Shown here: positions 8,237-17,091 of the stretch, in pieces
How the letters are laid out: each line of letters opens with the position of its first letter
Position numbering within the stretch: position 1 is the first letter of the stretch
Notes under the pieces: model-generated
What the model saw: the letters and a program-made list of their open reading frames with translations, nothing else
Database searches by the model: none
What the model was told of the DNA's origin: nothing
Made by a program: the position numbers and the translations under genes
Source: a bacterium
GTDB lineage: Bacteria; Electryoneota; Electryoneia; Electryoneales; Electryoneaceae
Direction of reading: 5' to 3'
Assembly: GCA_043801585.1 (NCBI GenBank)
Contig: JAZDLX010000171.1
Location: forward strand, 1-42,307
DNA: 42,307 bases

Positions 8237-9685
8237 CTATCGTTTCTGGACGATGGTCGAAAGGGAATCCTTTTCCGTGGGCATCAGGTCACAGAAAATC
8301 CTGTAACGGTCGATGACATCCACCACATAGCGCCGAACTGTACCACCTCGAACGAATGCGTAGCTGTCCTTCTGGTAGTACTCCGGTTTCTCCAGCAGGC
8401 TGAGCGACCTTGCGACGTCGTTCCACGAGGTGGAATCCCCCCCCCATTCCGAGGTCAGGCGGCGGGCGTTGGAGATGTGGCCGATGCCGGCATTGTAAGC
8501 CGCGAGGGTCATCCGGAGGCGGTCGTCCTCGGTGGCCGCGTCACCGTAGAGGCCGTAGAGACGCCGCATGTAGCGAGCACCGGCGATGATATTCTGGTAG
8601 GGATTCCAGACGTTCCCGATTCCCATCTCCCTCGCTGTCCGTGGCATCACCTGCATCAACCCGACCGCACCAGCCCAGGAAACCTTGTTCGGACGAAACC
8701 GGCTCTCGTGGTAGGATTGCGCCGCGAGCAGGCGCCAGTCGAAACCGGAGGTCTGCCCCGCCTCGCGGAAGTAACGGTCGAAGTCTGAAATTCTGCCACG
8801 GCGGGCGAGGCTGAGTTGTGCGCTGCGGTGTTTCAGGAAACGGTCCGGATCGTCAAAATAGCGGCTTTTGAGAACATTGAAAAAGGTTCGGCGCTCATGA
8901 CGGCGCAGGAAGTCATTCAGCGCTTCACGCAGCTTCGGGCTGTTCGGGCGCACTGCCCAGGCGAGGTCCTGCGGGTCCGAGAGAGTCATCCCGACCTGGA
9001 GTCCGGGGTAGAAATGCTGTTCGAGGCGGGCGATTGTGTTGTCCACAACGGTCAGCGAATACCGCCCCTGTGCGACAAGCTGCACCGGGTCGTTCTCCTC
9101 CACCGTCTCATCCAGGTAGTCAAGGCGAACATCCAGTCCGGCACGCTGAAGCTGGCGAAGGCGTTCTTCGTAACTGGACCCCCTCCGGACAAGCACCGTC
9201 TCTCCCGTCAACTGTTCCAGGCTTTTCGGGGGAGGCATCTCGTCCGTGCCCACGGCGACCTGCTGCACCTGGAGATAGGAATTGGTGAAATCGACAAACC
9301 GTTTTCGTTCCGGGGTCACAGTCAACTGGGCGGCGATCACATCTCCCTTGCCCTGGTAGAGCCAGGAGATCATGTCGTTCCACGTTGGCGGAAGAACGAC
9401 CTCAATGTGGATTCCCTGCTCCTCAGCGAACCGCTGGAGCAGTTCAAACTCGAAGCCACGGCGGGTGCCACGGTAGAGGTAATACGAGAGGGGATGGTTG
9501 CGTGTGATGACGCGCAACGTGTCGCTGGCAACGATCTGGTCCAGATCACGTCTGGCGGGGATGCCGAAGTGTCCCCTGAGACCGGGCCAGATCCCGTTCA
9601 ACAGCAACAGCAGAACGAGTGCAACCAGCAGGCTGGCCCCCGAAGCGATCAGCGTACTGGCGCGGCGGTATCCCCAAAAATCCAT
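8237..9685 (-). CDS. mltF: MltF-like lytic murein transglycosylase (solute-binding domain plus SLT domain)
   Basis: N-terminal TM; GFEFELL and QLTVTPER (SBP family 3); QSYHESRF, GAVGLMQVMP and LAAYNAG (SLT). Confidence 0.85.
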   Translation of the reverse strand: MDFWGYRRASTLIASGASLLVALVLLLLLNGIWPGLRGHFGIPARRDLDQIVASDTLRVITRNHPLSYYLYRGTRRGFEFELLQRFAEEQGIHIEVVLPPTWNDMISWLYQGKGDVIAAQLTVTPERKRFVDFTNSYLQVQQVAVGTDEMPPPKSLEQLTGETVLVRRGSSYEERLRQLQRAGLDVRLDYLDETVEENDPVQLVAQGRYSLTVVDNTIARLEQHFYPGLQVGMTLSDPQDLAWAVRPNSPKLREALNDFLRRHERRTFFNVLKSRYFDDPDRFLKHRSAQLSLARRGRISDFDRYFREAGQTSGFDWRLLAAQSYHESRFRPNKVSWAGAVGLMQVMPRTAREMGIGNVWNPYQNIIAGARYMRRLYGLYGDAATEDDRLRMTLAAYNAGIGHISNARRLTSEWGGDSTSWNDVARSLSLLEKPEYYQKDSYAFVRGGTVRRYVVDVIDRYRIFCDLMPTEKDSLSTIVQKR

Positions 9686-9692
9686 AGGGCGA

Positions 9693-9721
9693 ACGTTAGC
9701 TCACGCTTTACTCGGAGTCAA
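9693..9721 (-). promoter_or_regulatory. Sigma70-type promoter immediately upstream of mltF
   Basis: Minus strand TTGACT-N17-TAACGT, 7 nt before the ATG. Confidence 0.5.
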
Positions 9722-9832
9722 GAAAACCATGCACGATGGCGAGACGAACATTTTTTCGGAGAAACCCGACCCTGAAGGATCGGTCCACCCGTCCGATATG
9801 CTATGGAACCGATAGAACAGTTGATAGACCAA

Positions 9833-9987
9833 TCATCCTGAACAGCCTGCTGAAAGCAGGCGTCGTGAACCGCAGCACCAAAGGTGTAAGCTCACGGTCC
9901 TCCGAAGGCGGAACGCAACACAGGATCCATAAGTTATCGGTTATCTGACTCAAAGATCCTTCTCTCGACCGTTCGGGATCAGGATGA
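9833..9987. repeat. Nested palindromic intergenic element of the TCATCCTGA...AGGATC / GATCCT...TCAGGATGA type
   Basis: Terminal IR TCATCCTGA (9833-41) / TCAGGATGA (9979-87); inner IR AGGATC (9922-27) / GATCCT (9955-60); several internal hairpins. Confidence 0.55.
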
Positions 9988-10104
9988 CGCTCTGATTTGT
10001 TGTGCCGGGTCGTGAATCCGCCCGTTGACTGATGGAGACCCGACATCCGGTCCACCGTCGATTCACTGATTCGCTAAGGAACCGACAGAACCGTGAATCC
10101 ACAC

Positions 10105-11736
10105 TTACTGACTGTTTTTCAAAGAATTAATAACTACAACCCTGAGCTCCAGCCACTCACGGTTGGTCACAAAGCGGTCACCTCGATTGAGTTCCTCAAG
10201 TGCACCAGCGGGATCACCCAGTGCAAGGAGGATGCGTGCGGCAAGGATCGGTTCCTTGAAGAATTGCGGGGAGAGCCTTTGTACGTGACGTGACCACCCC
10301 AGCGCTTCGTCAAGCAGTTTCACTTTCACCTGCGGATCGGTGTCCGGCAGCATCGCACGCTGGTAGAGGGTTACGGTCAGCAACGTCGGTGCTTCCACGT
10401 CCTCCGGCCAGAGAAGGGCGGCTTTCCGCAGGGCGTCAACATTACGGGCGCCGTAATAAAGGTTCGGATCGCGCCCCTGACGCAAGGCGAAATCGGAGGA
10501 GATGCGTTTCCATTGCAAAGGCAGTGAGGCGAGCAGAGCCAGCGCCAGCAATGCGGGAAGACTTCGTGGAAGAGGCCGTGAAGCCTTCAGGGGAATCGCG
10601 AGTACCACACCGAGGACGATGGCGACAGCCAGCGATCCCTCTCGAGCCGGCGCCAGTGAAACCACTCCCTGCACCATTGCTGCTGCGGTCATCCGCCAGA
10701 TCGTTCTCCCCCACAAACCCCGGTCCCGCGCCGCCCTCCCTGCCGAGAGCAGCAGCCATCCGGCGAGCAGGATCAACCCCGCTGCACCGATCGCCCCCGA
10801 CTCAACGGCTGTGTGCAACGGTTCAAAATGCACGTGGTCGACGGGTTTTTGTGCACAGGTGTCCGGGAAGTACTGCATGTCGACCGTCCGCAGTTCCGGG
10901 AAACGGTAGAGAAACGAATAGACTCCCTGCCCGGTGACCGGAGCCTGTGCAAAGGCTCGCACGCCGGCATGAATCAGTTGAACGCGAGGCGTCACGGCAA
11001 CTTCACGCCCCTTCACGAGCAAGCCCATGGAAATGGCGGCAACGGCCACCGCTCCCGCCGCGAGCACTGTTGCCAGGCGCTTTCGGTTGTCCTGCGAGAA
11101 CAGGAAGGTGGGACCCCACCCCACGGCCAGCGCGAGAAACGCACCTGCGGACAGGGTAAGCACAACGACCAACAGGGCAAGCCCGACGCTCCCCCAGGCG
11201 ATCCATTTTTCCCACCGGGTTTGTGCTTTTCGAGCGGAAAATTCGACCAGCGGAACGAGCACCACGATCAGATAGGCGAGCACGTTGGCGTGTCCGAGTG
11301 ATCCCACCAGGGGGATCTTTCCCCGGATCGCACCGGCGATGAGGGCGGTGAGCGCGAGAACCGCAAGGAACAGCGTTGCCATCCGGCTGAGCGTCCGGCG
11401 CCCCTCCTCTTGCGAAGCGAGGACGGCGACAATCATCGCAATGGCCAGAACGGAACCTTTGTGGGCGAGTCCGAGCAGCGAAGTGGCAGGTGCCGGGGAG
11501 CGTCCCGCTCCGAGGACATAGCCGATGCCAAGCAGGGCTGCCGCCAGCAACGGCGTGCGCGCCATTTCCCAACGAACCCCCCGGATCATCAAAATCGCCA
11601 GTCCAGCGGCGGCTAACGCGGTGAACAACGCAAGACGAACGATAGACAACCGGAGGAAAGGCCCGGACGCAGGCATCGGGATCGCCACCGCCAGAAACGC
11701 GGCAGCCAGTACGAAGGCAGCAATTCGTCTGTCCAT
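10105..11736 (-). CDS. O-antigen ligase family (Wzy_C) membrane protein with a C-terminal TPR-like helical region
   Basis: GSLGHANVLA, TLSAGA, PVTGQG and HVHFEPLHTAVESG motifs; many TM helices. Confidence 0.75.
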   Translation of the reverse strand: MDRRIAAFVLAAAFLAVAIPMPASGPFLRLSIVRLALFTALAAAGLAILMIRGVRWEMARTPLLAAALLGIGYVLGAGRSPAPATSLLGLAHKGSVLAIAMIVAVLASQEEGRRTLSRMATLFLAVLALTALIAGAIRGKIPLVGSLGHANVLAYLIVVLVPLVEFSARKAQTRWEKWIAWGSVGLALLVVVLTLSAGAFLALAVGWGPTFLFSQDNRKRLATVLAAGAVAVAAISMGLLVKGREVAVTPRVQLIHAGVRAFAQAPVTGQGVYSFLYRFPELRTVDMQYFPDTCAQKPVDHVHFEPLHTAVESGAIGAAGLILLAGWLLLSAGRAARDRGLWGRTIWRMTAAAMVQGVVSLAPAREGSLAVAIVLGVVLAIPLKASRPLPRSLPALLALALLASLPLQWKRISSDFALRQGRDPNLYYGARNVDALRKAALLWPEDVEAPTLLTVTLYQRAMLPDTDPQVKVKLLDEALGWSRHVQRLSPQFFKEPILAARILLALGDPAGALEELNRGDRFVTNREWLELRVVVINSLKNSQ

Positions 11737-11777
11737 AAAAAAAGGTACAATGAGAAGAGTACCGGCTGCTCAGGCAA

Positions 11778-12671
11778 ATGAGCAGTATTACCTTCCATGC
11801 AATGATTCTGTACTCCCGGGTGCATCGAAATGTTGCGGGGAGTCTTGTCTTGGCTACGCTCCTTTTAATCACGGGAGCGCTCCCCACAGCCCAGGCCGCG
11901 TTTGAGGATCGCGGTCCGGTGCCCGCCTCCACCGGAACAGGGGGCGTGCATGCAGGCGACGCCCTCTCGTTCACCTCCCGTTCGATCAATCCCTCCGCCG
12001 GTTCCTGGCGTCCTTCCTGGGGTTTCCATGCCGCCTGGTCCGATCCCTTTGGAATCCCCGAGCTTTCCCAGGTGCGGGTCGATGCCTGCGGCCCACTTGG
12101 AAAATCTTGGACCACCGGACTCTGGGGAATGGGGCTCGGCAGCGCGGCTTACAACGAACGCTCCGCCGGTCTGACTCTCTCCCGGGCGTTCGGCTACACT
12201 GTTTCCGCAGGCATGGGATTGTCCTGGTCCGTTGTCAACCTGGACCATTATGGAGGCGACGATCTGGTCTCGCTGGACGCCGGACTCACCTTCAGGCACC
12301 GGCTGATCGACGCCGGGATCGCCGTGTCCAACCTGGCTCACGGAAAAATGGAACGTTTCGACGAAAGTTTTGCTTCACGTCAAGTCACATGCGGCGTCTC
12401 TGTGCCTGTCGACGAGGGCACCCGTCTGCTCGTGGATTACCTGTGGGGCGCCAACGGCACGGGAGCTGTGCGCGCTGGAATGGACATCCATGTTTATGGC
12501 CCGATCCAACTGAGGGCGGGGTGGGACGGACAGACGCAACGACTCGCGGTCGGCCTTGGCATTGGGGTCGGCGGCTGGTCGGCTGACTCGGCCTGGGATC
12601 ATCACCCATATCTCGGTTGGACCTCAAGCGCCGGGATACGATGGGAGCCGGACCATGACCCGCTCCCCTGA
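11778..12671 (+). CDS. Hypothetical secreted outer-membrane beta-barrel protein (PorV/PorP-like N-terminus)
   Basis: Signal peptide ...AQA-AFEDRG, INP motif, alternating amphipathic strands, HHPYLGWT near the C-terminus; exact start uncertain. Confidence 0.6.
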   Translation: MSSITFHAMILYSRVHRNVAGSLVLATLLLITGALPTAQAAFEDRGPVPASTGTGGVHAGDALSFTSRSINPSAGSWRPSWGFHAAWSDPFGIPELSQVRVDACGPLGKSWTTGLWGMGLGSAAYNERSAGLTLSRAFGYTVSAGMGLSWSVVNLDHYGGDDLVSLDAGLTFRHRLIDAGIAVSNLAHGKMERFDESFASRQVTCGVSVPVDEGTRLLVDYLWGANGTGAVRAGMDIHVYGPIQLRAGWDGQTQRLAVGLGIGVGGWSADSAWDHHPYLGWTSSAGIRWEPDHDPLP

Positions 12672-14379
12672 GATCCTGCTGCTTCCATTTCTGATTCTGA
12701 CTGCCGCGACGGCTTTTGCCGCAGGTGAGAGCGCTCCGGACCCATACACTATCAGCAATAACAACACAACGGTTATTCAGGAGCTTCTGGATGGCGGCGA
12801 GGAGGAAACCTCCGCCTGGTGGGAATCGATGGATGGGATCCCCATGCTCGGTGCAATCGTATTCCGCTCCCGTTCGATGCAGTCCTATGTTCGCAGCAGC
12901 ATCGTCGATCCGGATGTGAGCGACTTTCCGAAACAGGAGTTGAGACTGGAGATGAACGGCGGAAATCTCTGGTTCGGAACCCGTCTCCAACGTGACCGGG
13001 GCGAGATGGACATGGCAGACCTTCGCCGGACCGCATTCCAGATCGAAAATTCCTCTGCGCAGCTGATCGGCGGCGATTTCCGTGTCGACCTTGGACTCGG
13101 ATGGACGGTTGGCTCGACTCCGGCGTTCCCCTCCAGCTCGGATCCAGTCGCGCCTCTGCGAAAAGCGAATCAAAACGTGCGTCCCCAGCTTTCGAGCGAA
13201 GAGGGCCGTGGATGGCGGGGTGCGGCGCTGTCTCTCACCCCGGCAGCGGGAAAGCCCACCAGCCTTTTCATCTGGGGCGGCAGAGCGCGTTACGACGCCC
13301 GCCAAGAGGAGAGCGGTCTGGTACTCTATTCAGATCAGGGAAATCATTCGGCGGAACGTCTTGCACAATTGAAAAACGTGAATGAAACCAACCTCGGTTC
13401 GGCCGTCCAAGTGCCAATCGCCGGAATCCGGCTAGAAGCATCACGGATGATCAGCCGATTTGACACTCCTCTCGCGGTCGAAGGTCAGCCTGCGCGTTTT
13501 CGGTTTGGGGGAGAGAGTTTCGGCGCTTCAGGGGTCACCCTGCAGACGGGAAACCGGCGAGGCCGGTTTCTCGCCGCTGAAATGAGCCGGCAGGATGCAG
13601 GCGCCTGGGGCGGCGGAGCAGTTGCCTCTTTGCCATCACCAGGTTCTCGTCTGGTTGTTTCGATGTGGAGGGCGACTGCCACCTTTGCTCCGTTGCATGC
13701 CCGTCCCTGGATCGCCACGGGAACGGACCCGGCGGGGCGGTCAGGAATTCAGGTTGGCATTCAGCGAAACCTCCCCTCCGGCGCACGCTGGACTCTGACC
13801 GGAATGGGTGAGTTCCGCGAAGCGTTCGAGGGCTCCCCGGAGAATCGCGGCGCTTCCGCTGCGTCCACCCTTCTGCTGCGAACCGGCCCTTCCGCCAGCC
13901 TTGAACTCCGCGGAACACTGCGAAGCCAATGGGAGTCCGGGCAAACAGTTCGTACCGTTCGACAGCTTCTCGTTCACTACTTCATCGAGGATTTCAGGGA
14001 CCGCATCGACGTCCGGCTGCAGGGCGCACGCGGCATGGACGGCAACGGCTGGGGCGCTTCAATCAGTAGTGAACGAAGACTGGGCCGGGTTGTGGCATTC
14101 ACGACGACGGGAACGTACTTTGCCACAGCCGGCAGCGGAGTGAGCGTGCTTGTGATCGAACCATCCCTGCCGGGCGAACTGCCTGTGATAAACCTTACTG
14201 GCCGCAGGCTTCGCCTTGCGTTTCGGCTGCGCGCGTTTCTCCCCGCTGGATTGGAGGCGGTGCTGCGAGCAAGGGTCGAGCACCGTTTCGATGGCATCGT
14301 CGATGTGCCTTCGTCCAGGAGTTGGGCGGTCAGCGTGATATGGAGGTCACCTCAGGTGATCCACAAAGGCGGCAAGTGA
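12655..14379 (+). CDS. Hypothetical outer-membrane protein resembling the barrel part of FCB-group 'helix-hairpin-helix/ComEA-family' OM proteins
   Basis: Signal peptide ...AFA; IGGDFRVDLGLG and SSEEGRGWRGAA segments; beta-strand pattern; overlaps the upstream gene by 17 nt. Confidence 0.55.
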   Translation: MTRSPEILLLPFLILTAATAFAAGESAPDPYTISNNNTTVIQELLDGGEEETSAWWESMDGIPMLGAIVFRSRSMQSYVRSSIVDPDVSDFPKQELRLEMNGGNLWFGTRLQRDRGEMDMADLRRTAFQIENSSAQLIGGDFRVDLGLGWTVGSTPAFPSSSDPVAPLRKANQNVRPQLSSEEGRGWRGAALSLTPAAGKPTSLFIWGGRARYDARQEESGLVLYSDQGNHSAERLAQLKNVNETNLGSAVQVPIAGIRLEASRMISRFDTPLAVEGQPARFRFGGESFGASGVTLQTGNRRGRFLAAEMSRQDAGAWGGGAVASLPSPGSRLVVSMWRATATFAPLHARPWIATGTDPAGRSGIQVGIQRNLPSGARWTLTGMGEFREAFEGSPENRGASAASTLLLRTGPSASLELRGTLRSQWESGQTVRTVRQLLVHYFIEDFRDRIDVRLQGARGMDGNGWGASISSERRLGRVVAFTTTGTYFATAGSGVSVLVIEPSLPGELPVINLTGRRLRLAFRLRAFLPAGLEAVLRARVEHRFDGIVDVPSSRSWAVSVIWRSPQVIHKGGK

Positions 14380-15380
14380 AAGAACCACCACAGAAAAATC
14401 CCGTCGAGGAGCACCCTTCCGAGTCCGTGCAGGAGCCCTCAAGGAAGATGCATGAGAGTTCCTCCCGTGCCGAGGAGGAGCTGAAACCCCCGACCTCGCT
14501 GGCGATTCGGAATCTCCGTTGCCCAAAATGCGACGCGAAGTTCGAGCAGAACTGTGAAGGGCTGATGAACGAAGTGACTTGCCCGGAATGCAGGGCTCTG
14601 ATCCCTTACGCCTATGGTTACCTCAATTACTACAAGGAATACATTGAAATTTTCATGGACCCCGTGCACGCATTGCCCCTGGTGCCGGGATATTCCACAT
14701 CTGGACGCGTGATGTCGCTTCCGGATGATCTGCTGCTCGTGGATTTCGGGATGATGTACAACAAGCCACCCGAGGTCTTTTTCCTTTACGACAATGAAGG
14801 AGCCGGCAAATCCGCACGGCAGATCATGCGCGACAATCAGGTGCTGCTGCCCCTGTCGATTGTCGAGGACAATTTCATCCTGTTTTCCCGCAGCCTGGAC
14901 AAGACCCGGAAAGCCCGTCCGACCCCGCTGACATGGGTTGCTATCGGGGAAACCGGCGAATGGGAACGGCCTCTCTGGTTGAACTACCTGCAGAATGCAG
15001 CGGACCTTGTGCGTAAGCAGGAGGATATCGCGGCGATTGTGATGTTGATGATGGTCCTTGATTTTTTCTACGACCACATTCTCGAACGACTTGGGATTCC
15101 CTACGAGATCATCCGCCGCAAGGGACGGCGGCCAGGGATGAACGAAAAGCGGGCAAAACTGAAATTCATCTCCGAACAGCTCGGGGATTGGCCACCGGGG
15201 TTCGCCGAGGAACTGACCCTGTTGACCGAGTACCGGAACCAGATCGTTCACGGACAGATCAAGGAAGGAAACATCAAGAGTTTCAACGCCCGCCGTGCAT
15301 TCCAGATCGTCCTGCGTGCAGTTCTCTTTCTGATCGAGATGCTGTACAACCCTCGCACAAAAAACAAGGGCTCCGCCTGA
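14376..15380 (+). CDS. Hypothetical protein: Zn ribbon plus H-type-lectin/gp53-like beta domain plus C-terminal HEPN-like domain
   Basis: CPKC...CPEC; VDFGMMYNKPPEVF...WVAIG; AAIVMLMMVLD helix and YRNQIVHG (RxxxxH); GTG start overlaps the upstream stop (GTGA). Confidence 0.65.
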   Translation: MKEPPQKNPVEEHPSESVQEPSRKMHESSSRAEEELKPPTSLAIRNLRCPKCDAKFEQNCEGLMNEVTCPECRALIPYAYGYLNYYKEYIEIFMDPVHALPLVPGYSTSGRVMSLPDDLLLVDFGMMYNKPPEVFFLYDNEGAGKSARQIMRDNQVLLPLSIVEDNFILFSRSLDKTRKARPTPLTWVAIGETGEWERPLWLNYLQNAADLVRKQEDIAAIVMLMMVLDFFYDHILERLGIPYEIIRRKGRRPGMNEKRAKLKFISEQLGDWPPGFAEELTLLTEYRNQIVHGQIKEGNIKSFNARRAFQIVLRAVLFLIEMLYNPRTKNKGSA

Positions 15381-15479
15381 TTGCGCGGAACGGAGCTCCC
15401 ATCCTCCATTTCCTTTTCCGGCTGTGTACTTTTTGATGGGGTTGATGAACCAAACGGGCACATGCACGGGAGTGCGGCA

Positions 15480-16412
15480 ATGACGGCAGATGCAGAGAAA
15501 AAACGCGGTTTTCTGACCGGATTCCTGGCGTCCACGCTGGTTCTTCTTCTTGTCGCCTCATCGCCGGCGATCGACTCGGAACGCCAGGCCGATCATCTCA
15601 GGGAACTTCGCATGAGACTGATCGACGACGGCATCGACCCGATCGTTGTCAACCGTTACTTCGAAGACACCCGGTTTGAAGTGATTCCCAGCCTGCTCCG
15701 GGTGAACATCCGTCAACCCAGCGGCACGGAAGGGTATCAGCGTTTTCTCGGTGATTCAAGTGTGCGTACCGCCGCGGCGTTTCTCGAGATGAACCGTTCA
15801 GAAATCGAAAAGGTGCTCGCGGACGACCCGGTCAGCCCGGAGATCGTTGTCGCGATTCTCAACGTGGAGTCGAGCCTCGGCACCTACAAAGGCACCTATC
15901 CGGTGATGAATGTGTTTGCCAGCCTGACTCTGCTTGACACGGACCCGATCACCGATGTCGCCCCTGAATTCTGGACGAATGTTCTCGACGGCGTTCCGGC
16001 GAATCGACAGGACGCCGTTATCCTGGAAGCGCGGAAACGGGCACATTCGAAAGCACGGTGGGCTTACCGGGAGTTGAAGACGGTGCTGAGCATGGCGCAG
16101 GACGGCTATTTCGACCCACTTGATGTCAAGGGCTCCTGGGCCGGAGCCTATGGACTTCCACAGTTCATCCCCACGTCGGCGAATGCCTACGGCCGCGATG
16201 GTGATGGGGACGGCATCGTCAACCTGAACTCGCTGCCCGACGCTGTCGCCTCGGTGGCACATTACCTGAAGATCCACGGATATCGTGATGAGATTCTGAA
16301 TAAACGCAGGAAAGCGGTGTGGCATTACAACCATTCCGATGAGTACGTGGATTGCATCATCACTCTCGCCGATCGCATCCGGGAGTACAACGCCGTCCAC
16401 AGTGCGCCGTGA
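15480..16412 (+). CDS. mltB: Lytic murein transglycosylase B family (SLT_2)
   Basis: IVVAILNVESSLG, GSWAGAYGLPQFIPTS, DGDGDGIVNL (EF-hand), DAVASVAHYL, YNHS motifs. Confidence 0.88.
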   Translation: MTADAEKKRGFLTGFLASTLVLLLVASSPAIDSERQADHLRELRMRLIDDGIDPIVVNRYFEDTRFEVIPSLLRVNIRQPSGTEGYQRFLGDSSVRTAAAFLEMNRSEIEKVLADDPVSPEIVVAILNVESSLGTYKGTYPVMNVFASLTLLDTDPITDVAPEFWTNVLDGVPANRQDAVILEARKRAHSKARWAYRELKTVLSMAQDGYFDPLDVKGSWAGAYGLPQFIPTSANAYGRDGDGDGIVNLNSLPDAVASVAHYLKIHGYRDEILNKRRKAVWHYNHSDEYVDCIITLADRIREYNAVHSAP

Positions 16413-16426
16413 CGTCTCTTTTAAAG

Positions 16427-16509
16427 CAGGAAAATGTACCAGGTACCTTTTCACACGCGAGAGCAAACATGATCCTCAACGGGAAGAAAGTACCTGGTAC
16501 ATTTTCCTG
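16427..16509. repeat. Second copy of the GTACCWGGTAC doublet element (20-bp perfect inverted repeat)
   Basis: CAGGAAAATGTACCAGGTAC (16427-46) / GTACCTGGTACATTTTCCTG (16490-509); spacer unrelated to that of the 2378 copy. Confidence 0.85.
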
Positions 16510-16541
16510 TGATCTACGACTCGTTCGTCCAAACCCTCCCC

Positions 16542-16570
16542 TTGCGCTGATAAGGACATCTCTCTATCTT
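16542..16570 (+). promoter_or_regulatory. Sigma70-type promoter for tRNA-Glu
   Basis: TTGCGC-N17-TATCTT, 40 nt upstream of the tRNA. Confidence 0.55.
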
Positions 16571-16610
16571 CTCGTCCCGTCGCGTCAACAGGCGACAAAT
16601 GATCCATCCT

Positions 16611-16682
16611 GCCCGGTTCGTCTAGCGGTTAGGACGCTGGCCTCTCACGCCGGTAACAGGGGTTCGATTCCCCTACCGGGTA
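16611..16682 (+). tRNA. tRNA-Glu (anticodon CTC); CCA not encoded
   Basis: Cloverleaf: acceptor GCCCGGT/ACCGGGT, D arm, anticodon arm CTGGC-CTCTCAC-GCCGG, T arm AGGGG-TTCGATT-CCCCT. Confidence 0.96.
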
Positions 16683-16687
16683 CAGGA

Positions 16688-16720
16688 AACGGGAGATCCT
16701 TCAAGGGTCTCCCGTTTTTT
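16688..16720 (+). terminator. Intrinsic terminator after tRNA-Glu
   Basis: AAACGGGAGATCC-ttcaa-GGGTCTCCCG followed by TTTTTT. Confidence 0.85.
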
Positions 16721-16733
16721 ACTTGAAAACAAT

Positions 16734-17045
16734 GAAACCCGGCTGACGGAGCAGCCGGGCCACACAGGAAATTTATAACGGAACACAACAGGGTGGCCCG
16801 AGATGTGGACCGAAGGTCCATTTCCCGGGTTTCCTGTTGTAGCATTCCATGAATTGGAACCCGTCCTGCCGCGTTCCTGCTGCCCCCTTCTCCCTGACCC
16901 CTCTGCAGTGACAGCTACAGGGTGGCCCGGGATGTGGGCCGAAAGTCCATTTCCCGGGATTCCCGTTGTGACCTTGCTGGAATCGGAACCCGTCCTGCCG
17001 TCTTCCTGCTGCCTCCTTCTCCCGAACCCTTCTGGAAATGACAAC
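16734..17045. repeat. Cluster of GTGGCCCGR...CCGGGWTTC hairpin units: one inverted copy (16734-16763) plus two tandem 129-bp units (starting 16788 and 16917)
   Basis: Manual alignment shows 19 mismatches over the first 120 nt of the two units; each unit begins with a long hairpin. Confidence 0.85.
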
Positions 17046-17091
17046 GGAGGAGTACTGGACGGCACGGCGGCCGCATCACCGCGAAAAAGCG

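Noticed and set aside
9801..10055. 84-aa ORF containing RHPDPERSREGS
   Set aside because: Best explained as translation of the palindromic repeat element
16352..16726. ORF with repeated VPGTFS
   Set aside because: Translation of the GTACCWGGTAC palindromes; overlaps the tRNA
16788..17045. CRISPR array
   Set aside because: Only two long, diverged units with no unique spacers, and no cas genes
16611..17090. Integrative element inserted at tRNA-Glu
   Set aside because: No integrase and no duplicated tRNA 3' end seen; housekeeping genes resume within about 400 bp
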